A stretch of 64,000 nucleotides of DNA from an uncultured Nitrospina sp. (GTDB lineage Bacteria > Nitrospinota > Nitrospinia > Nitrospinales > VA-1): positions 80,959 to 144,958 of the forward strand of contig CAYFNV010000004.1 in the NCBI GenBank assembly GCA_964344595.1, given 5' to 3'. The notes under the pieces were generated by a model. It was not told the DNA's origin. It made no database searches and saw nothing but the letters and a program-made list of their open reading frames with translations. This document shows positions 59,110 through 64,000 of the stretch, piece after piece (the first letter of the stretch is position 1; each line of letters begins with the position of its first letter). Position numbers and translations under genes: made by a program.

Positions 59110-59499
59110 TTAAACTCTGCGACGTTTTCTTGGACGGCACCCATTATGCGGAATTGGTGTCTTATCACGAATAACAAGAACTTCCATTCCCGCGGCCTGC
59201 AAAGACCGTATCGCGGACTCTCGTCCTGATCCCGGTCCCTTCACATGGACTTCCAGTTTTTTCATTCCCATATCCCGTGCCTTGACAGCCGCTTTATCGG
59301 CAGCCACCTGCGCGGCAAACGGGGTGCTTTTTCTTGAACCTTTAAACCCCTGTGCACCTGCACTGGACCAGGACACCACATTTCCAGACATGTCGGAAAT
59401 GGTAACAATAGTATTATTAAACGTTGCCTGAATGTGGGCGACCCCTACCTCAGGCACTGTCTTTTGCTTTTTCTTCCCAGTCTTAGCTTTCTTATCCAT
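59110..59499 (-). CDS. rpsK: 30S ribosomal protein S11
   Basis: The sequence is [30 protein letters not shown]...[16 protein letters not shown]. Confidence 0.96.
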   Translation of the reverse strand: MDKKAKTGKKKQKTVPEVGVAHIQATFNNTIVTISDMSGNVVSWSSAGAQGFKGSRKSTPFAAQVAADKAAVKARDMGMKKLEVHVKGPGSGRESAIRSLQAAGMEVLVIRDKTPIPHNGCRPRKRRRV

Positions 59500-59511
59500 T
59501 AAAATCAGTCC

Positions 59512-59883
59512 TTATTTTTTTGCCCGTGCTCCCACAGTTTTCTTGGGTCCCTTCCGGGTTCTTGCGTTTGTGTGTGTCCTTTGTCCGCGAACCGGCAATC
59601 CTTTACGATGGCGAAGCCCTCTGTAAGCACCAATATCCATCAGACGTTTTATGTTCATGGTGACAATACGCCTTAAATCACCTTCTACTTCGTACTCTTT
59701 CTCAATGACATTACGGATCCGGGTCACCTCTTCTTCGGTCAGGTCTTTCATCCTGATTTCTTCTCCGACCTGAGCTTTTTCCAGGATATTACGGGAAGTA
59801 GCTGGACCTACCCCATATATATATGTCAGAGCAACTTTCGCTTGCTTGTCTTTGGGAATGTCTACACCCGCTATTCTTGCCAC
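59512..59883 (-). CDS. rpsM: 30S ribosomal protein S13
   Basis: The sequence is [26 protein letters not shown]...[17 protein letters not shown]. Confidence 0.96.
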   Translation of the reverse strand: MARIAGVDIPKDKQAKVALTYIYGVGPATSRNILEKAQVGEEIRMKDLTEEEVTRIRNVIEKEYEVEGDLRRIVTMNIKRLMDIGAYRGLRHRKGLPVRGQRTHTNARTRKGPKKTVGARAKK

Positions 59884-59901
59884 TGCTTCTCCTTTTGGAA
59901 A

Positions 59902-60015
59902 TTATCCCTGTCTTTGCTTATGTTTAGGGTTTTCACAAATAACCCGCACAACACCTCGACGGCGAATTACTTTGCACTTTAAACAAATTGGCTTGACCGA
60001 TGCCCTGACTTTCAT
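59902..60015 (-). CDS. rpmJ: 50S ribosomal protein L36
   Basis: This gene is below the ORF-track cutoff. My translation is [37 protein letters not shown]. Confidence 0.93.
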   Translation of the reverse strand: MKVRASVKPICLKCKVIRRRGVVRVICENPKHKQRQG

Positions 60016-60029
60016 GTTTCCGTCCTCTT

Positions 60030-60248
60030 TTACTTATACCGATAGGTGATACGCCCACGGGTTAAATCGTAAGGAGAAAGCTGAACCTTTACCTTATCTC
60101 CAGAAAGGATACGGATAAAATGCATACGCATTTTACCAGATATATGGGCCAGCACCTTATGACCATTTTCGAGTTCCACCCGGAACATTGCGTTCGGCAA
60201 TGGCTCAAGAATGGTGCCCTCAACTTCAATAGACTCTTCTTTAGACAT
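60030..60248 (-). CDS. infA: Translation initiation factor IF-1
   Basis: The sequence is [48 protein letters not shown]. Confidence 0.96.
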   Translation of the reverse strand: MSKEESIEVEGTILEPLPNAMFRVELENGHKVLAHISGKMRMHFIRILSGDKVKVQLSPYDLTRGRITYRYK

Positions 60249-60251
60249 CCG

Positions 60252-60896
60252 TCACTTTACCATTTCTAAAACGCGTGAAAAAATTTCTTCTACAGACCCT
60301 CTTGCTGTAACTGTTTTCAGATTCCCCTGCTCCTTATAAAACTGCTTTAAAGGTGCGGTGGACTCCTGATATACATCCAACCGCTTCAGAATCGTTTCCT
60401 TATTATCATCCTGTCTCTGAGCCAGAGTACCGCCGCAACTGTCACAGACACCAGAAACTTTTGGAGGACGGGACTCCTCATGAAACATGCCGCCACAATC
60501 CTGGCAAGTACTACGCCCTACTAACCGGTTGATCACTTCATCAGCATTAACTTCCAGATCAACTACTGTATCAATTGCAAGGCCCATTTCAACCAATGTT
60601 TCCGAAAGCTTTTCAGCCTGCACAATTGTTCTCGGAAACCCGTCTAAAATAAACCCGGACTCACAATCAGCCTGTTTAAAACGCTCCTTGATCAAACCAA
60701 TCACCACATCATCGGGAACCAGCTGACCAGCATCCATAAACGACTGGGCCTGAATGCCCAACTCGTTGTTATCCTTTACCGCTTGCCTTAAAATATCACC
60801 AGTGGATATCTGCGGGATGCGAAATTTTTCTTTCAGCATTTTGGCCTGAGTGCCTTTTCCAGCTCCCGGCGGTCCTAAAAGAATCAATCTCATCAA
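60252..60896 (-). CDS. adk: Adenylate kinase (Zn-lid type)
   Basis: It has the P-loop GPPGAGKGTQ and a lid with the CQDCG...CDSCGG motif. The protein is 214 aa. Confidence 0.95.
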   Translation of the reverse strand: MMRLILLGPPGAGKGTQAKMLKEKFRIPQISTGDILRQAVKDNNELGIQAQSFMDAGQLVPDDVVIGLIKERFKQADCESGFILDGFPRTIVQAEKLSETLVEMGLAIDTVVDLEVNADEVINRLVGRSTCQDCGGMFHEESRPPKVSGVCDSCGGTLAQRQDDNKETILKRLDVYQESTAPLKQFYKEQGNLKTVTARGSVEEIFSRVLEMVK

Positions 60897-62213
60897 TCAG
60901 CCTCTTCGGCTTTTCAATCGCCCCTTTTTAACAAAGCCATCATAGTTTCTCATGACCAAGTGGGACTCAATCTGCTGCATGGTATCCAACGAAACACCCA
61001 CAACGATCAAAAGGCTTGTTCCACCGAAGTAAAATGGGATGTTGAAATATTTTATCAAATAATCCGGTAAAATACAGATTAAAGAAAGATACAACGCCCC
61101 ATAAAACGTGACCCTGGAAAGGATCGTGTCGATATACTCGGAGGTTTTAGCCCCAGGCCTTATTCCCGGCACATATCCTCCATGTTTTTTCATATTGTCT
61201 GCCACATCAACAGGGTTGAAGATGACAGCAGTATAGAAATAACAAAAGAAAAACACTGCGCCTACAAAAATCAGGCTATAAACAATGGTTCCGGGAGTCA
61301 GCATCGCCGATAACGACTGCATCCACGGATGAGTAATAAATTGGGCGATAGTCGCCGGAAACATAATGATCGATGAAGCAAAAATCGGCGGGATAACCCC
61401 CGATGTATTGACTTTCAAAGGCAAATGCGTTGCCTGACCACCCATCATTTTACGACCCACTACCCGTTTGGCGTATTGGATCGGAATCCTGCGTTGCCCT
61501 CCCTCCGTAAAAACAATGGCTCCAACCACCACAACCATCAATACCAAAAGGAACAACATAACAAGCACCGACATTTCGCCAGTGCCCATCAAATCCATTG
61601 ACTGAAAAATTGCCGCCGGAGTTCCAGCAACAATTCCAGAAAAAATAATCAGGGAAATTCCGTTTCCTATTCCCCGCTCAGTAATCTGTTCGCCAAGCCA
61701 CATTAAAAAACATGTACCGGCTGTCAGGGTCAAAACCGTCATCATTCTGAAGGACCAACCCGGTTCCGGTACTATGAGGCCCCCGCTCGGACTTTTCATA
61801 GCTTCCAATCCGACAGCGATACCAGACCCCTGGATCATACTCAATACCACCGTTCCATATCGGGTGTATTGGGTAATCTTTTTTTGTCCCTGCTCTCCCT
61901 CTTTTTTCAACCTTGCCAGGTAGGGAGATACAATCGTCATCAACTGAATGATGATCGATGAACTGATATAGGGCATAATGCCCAGCGCAAATATTGTTAA
62001 CCGGCTCAATGCACCGCCGGAAAACATATCGAAAAAACCCAGGATAGTTCCCTGAGCCCGGGTAAACAATTCTGCCAGAGCAACCGAGTTAATACCCGGA
62101 GTAGGGATATGGGCACCAATCCGATACACAACCAAAAGCCCAAGCGTAAAAAGAATCCGCTTCTTCAGCTCCGGTACACGAAAAATATTGCCAAAACTAT
62201 CAGCGCCACTCAT
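60897..62213 (-). CDS. secY: Preprotein translocase subunit SecY
   Basis: The 438-aa, 10-TM protein has LLVVYRIGAHIPTPGIN and ALGIMPYISSSIIIQLM. It abuts rplO and adk with no gaps. Confidence 0.96.
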   Translation of the reverse strand: MSGADSFGNIFRVPELKKRILFTLGLLVVYRIGAHIPTPGINSVALAELFTRAQGTILGFFDMFSGGALSRLTIFALGIMPYISSSIIIQLMTIVSPYLARLKKEGEQGQKKITQYTRYGTVVLSMIQGSGIAVGLEAMKSPSGGLIVPEPGWSFRMMTVLTLTAGTCFLMWLGEQITERGIGNGISLIIFSGIVAGTPAAIFQSMDLMGTGEMSVLVMLFLLVLMVVVVGAIVFTEGGQRRIPIQYAKRVVGRKMMGGQATHLPLKVNTSGVIPPIFASSIIMFPATIAQFITHPWMQSLSAMLTPGTIVYSLIFVGAVFFFCYFYTAVIFNPVDVADNMKKHGGYVPGIRPGAKTSEYIDTILSRVTFYGALYLSLICILPDYLIKYFNIPFYFGGTSLLIVVGVSLDTMQQIESHLVMRNYDGFVKKGRLKSRRG

Positions 62214-62648
62214 CTAGAGGTTAACAACCTTTCCCCCGGACTTTTCAATTTTGGTCTGCGCTGATCCGCTGAATTTATGCGCATGAACATTTAATGATTC
62301 CGTCAGTTCACCACATCCCAGGATTTTCACCAATGCGGTTTTTTTGATCAGCCCTTTTTCTTTCATCACTTCCGGGGTTACAGGATCTATACCAGCACAA
62401 CGAGCCAAGTCACATACATTAACAATCTCAAACTGTTTTTTAAAAATATTAGTGAACCCACGCTTAGGCAGTCTTCTATAAATAGGCATCTGCCCACCTT
62501 CAAACCATGGATGAGGACTTCCTCCTGACCGGCATTTCTGGCCCTTTTGTCCTTTGCCGGAAGTTTTTCCAGTACCAGAGCCTATACCGCGACCTATGCG
62601 TTTTCTATTTTTTCGTTCCGGACCCTTCAAGTTTGATAATTGCAACAT
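62214..62648 (-). CDS. rplO: 50S ribosomal protein L15
   Basis: The sequence is [28 protein letters not shown]...[17 protein letters not shown]. Confidence 0.95.
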   Translation of the reverse strand: MLQLSNLKGPERKNRKRIGRGIGSGTGKTSGKGQKGQKCRSGGSPHPWFEGGQMPIYRRLPKRGFTNIFKKQFEIVNVCDLARCAGIDPVTPEVMKEKGLIKKTALVKILGCGELTESLNVHAHKFSGSAQTKIEKSGGKVVNL

Positions 62649-62677
62649 TCCCTATCCTCTAAAAAAATCAGGGTAAA

Positions 62678-63163
62678 TTATTTACCACGCAGGCGGGCAC
62701 ATTCTTTTACGCCTCGCAAACCAGTCAATCCTTGAATGGTTGCTTTGACCACATTGTGCGGATTATTAGTTCGCAAACATTTAGTCAAAACATCGCGGAC
62801 TCCAACGGCCTCCAATACTGCCCTTACAGCACCACCAGCAATCAATCCAGTACCTCTTGACGCGGGCTTCATCAAAACCCTGCCCGCTCCATAAGCACCT
62901 ATCACTTCATGTGGAATCGAAGATCCTTCCAGGCTCACTGTCACCATATCCCTTTTGGCTTTTTCCACGCCTTTGCGTATTGCTTCCGGGACTTCATTAG
63001 CCTTGCCCAGTCCCCAACCAACCTTGCCATCCCGATCGCCAACCACTACCAGTGCGCTAAAGCTGAAACGACGTCCGCCTTTCACAACTTTGGCTACACG
63101 GTTAATCTTGACAACCTTATCAACAAAATCTGTGGGTTTTTCCGGCTCCCTTTGTCGCAACAC
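62678..63163 (-). CDS. rpsE: 30S ribosomal protein S5
   Basis: The sequence is [49 protein letters not shown]. Confidence 0.96.
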   Translation of the reverse strand: MLRQREPEKPTDFVDKVVKINRVAKVVKGGRRFSFSALVVVGDRDGKVGWGLGKANEVPEAIRKGVEKAKRDMVTVSLEGSSIPHEVIGAYGAGRVLMKPASRGTGLIAGGAVRAVLEAVGVRDVLTKCLRTNNPHNVVKATIQGLTGLRGVKECARLRGK

Positions 63164-63181
63164 TTCCTCCTGCGTTATGGA

Positions 63182-63547
63182 TTAAAATTTTATACCTTTT
63201 TCCCGAACGGCATCGGCCAAAGCTTTTATACGTCCCGCATACAGAAATCCGTTTCGGTCATAATAAACTTCCTTGATACCCTTTGCCGCTGCTGCTTCAC
63301 CAACAAGGGAACCAACCAATGTCGCCGCCTTCAGGTTCCCCCCTGTTTTCATCTGTTCTTTGAAGTTTGGGGAAAGCGATGACATAGCCACGAGGGTTTT
63401 ACCTTCGTTGTCATCAATAATTTGCGCGTATATATGTTTGGTACTTCGGAACACTGTCAGCCTAGGTCTATTTATTTGCTTCTGTACCTTGAGCTTGACC
63501 CTTCTTTTTCTCTGCAAACGCAGCCGTTCCCGTTCAGAGGTTTTCAT
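63182..63547 (-). CDS. rplR: 50S ribosomal protein L18
   Basis: The sequence is RPRLTVFRSTKHIYAQIIDD...YDRNGFLYAGRIKALADAVREKGIKF. Confidence 0.95.
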   Translation of the reverse strand: MKTSERERLRLQRKRRVKLKVQKQINRPRLTVFRSTKHIYAQIIDDNEGKTLVAMSSLSPNFKEQMKTGGNLKAATLVGSLVGEAAAAKGIKEVYYDRNGFLYAGRIKALADAVREKGIKF

Positions 63548-63552
63548 AGTTT

Positions 63553-64000
63553 TTATCCTTTACCTACAGCAGCTTTTCCAGCTTTTCTGCGGATTCTTTC
63601 CGTAGAATACATGACCCCTTTTCCTTTATAAGGTTCTGGAGGTCGAAATCCACGTATCTCTGCAGCGGTCTGGCCAACCCGTTCCTTATTGGTTCCCTTT
63701 ACAACTATCGTATTTTTTTTAGGATCAACTTCAAATTCGACACCTTCAGGAGCCGGGTAATTAATTGCATGTGAATGCCCGAGGTTTAAAACAAGGTTTT
63801 TCCCCTTTAACTCGACTCGATATCCCACGCCAACAATGTTGAGCTGTTTTGAGTAGCCTTCTGTAACCCCTACCACCATATTATTGATAAGTGTGCGAGT
63901 GAGTCCATGCAGGGAGCGATCCAACCTTCCATCTGAAGGACGAGTCACTGTGACCACACCATCTTTCAACTCAATCTTCATATTCGGGTGCAAATCACGT
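63553..64000 (-). CDS. rplF: 50S ribosomal protein L6 (5' end beyond window edge)
   Basis: The sequence is TLINNMVVGVTEGYSKQLNIVGVGYRVELKG...FRPPEPYKGKGVMY. L6 is normally ~178 aa, so the true start lies past position 64000. Confidence 0.9.
   Translation of the reverse strand, partial: RDLHPNMKIELKDGVVTVTRPSDGRLDRSLHGLTRTLINNMVVGVTEGYSKQLNIVGVGYRVELKGKNLVLNLGHSHAINYPAPEGVEFEVDPKKNTIVVKGTNKERVGQTAAEIRGFRPPEPYKGKGVMYSTERIRRKAGKAAVGKG

Noticed and set aside
62909-63382. 157-aa plus-strand ORF across rpsE/rplR
   Set aside because: It is antisense to conserved ribosomal protein genes. It is a shadow ORF.

Overview
This 64-kb window comes from a moderately AT-rich diderm bacterium: a GT9 LPS heptosyltransferase, MurA and MtgA are present. 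The lineage cannot be assigned from sequence alone. Most of the window is housekeeping: rlmI-like (cut by the left edge), mtgA, dnaN, glnS, crcB plus DUF190, one tRNA-Arg(TCT), cspA, trmL, hflX, pcrA, hemE-hemH, queG and clpC. The murA-prmC-prfA-rpmE-rho block and the distal ribosomal-protein/alpha cluster follow. That cluster reads rplF(partial)-rplR-rpsE-rplO-secY-adk-infA-rpmJ-rpsM-rpsK-rpsD-rpoA-rplQ, all on the minus strand. I saw no rRNA, CRISPR array, transposase, integrase or phage genes. The accessory content is more interesting. (1) An orphan B12-binding radical SAM enzyme of the RiPP C-methyltransferase type sits behind a 60-aa lysine-rich ORF and a strongly C-rich, G-poor spacer; this is my best candidate for an undescribed system. 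(2) There is a marked expansion of GT-C-fold membrane glycosyltransferases fused to or paired with TPR domains (four in the window, plus a Dpm1-like GT2). (3) A 513-bp, 100%-identical direct repeat duplicates the TPR-coding 3' end of one of those genes into its upstream neighbour. (4) A 1041-aa protein fuses a permease to FG-GAP/ASPIC repeats. (5) Ribosomal protein L17 carries a ~70-aa Lys/Ala-rich tail. (6) A Zur-box-like palindrome lies ahead of a COG0523 GTPase. All functional calls rest on motif recognition by eye and on manual translation or counting; no database search was run.
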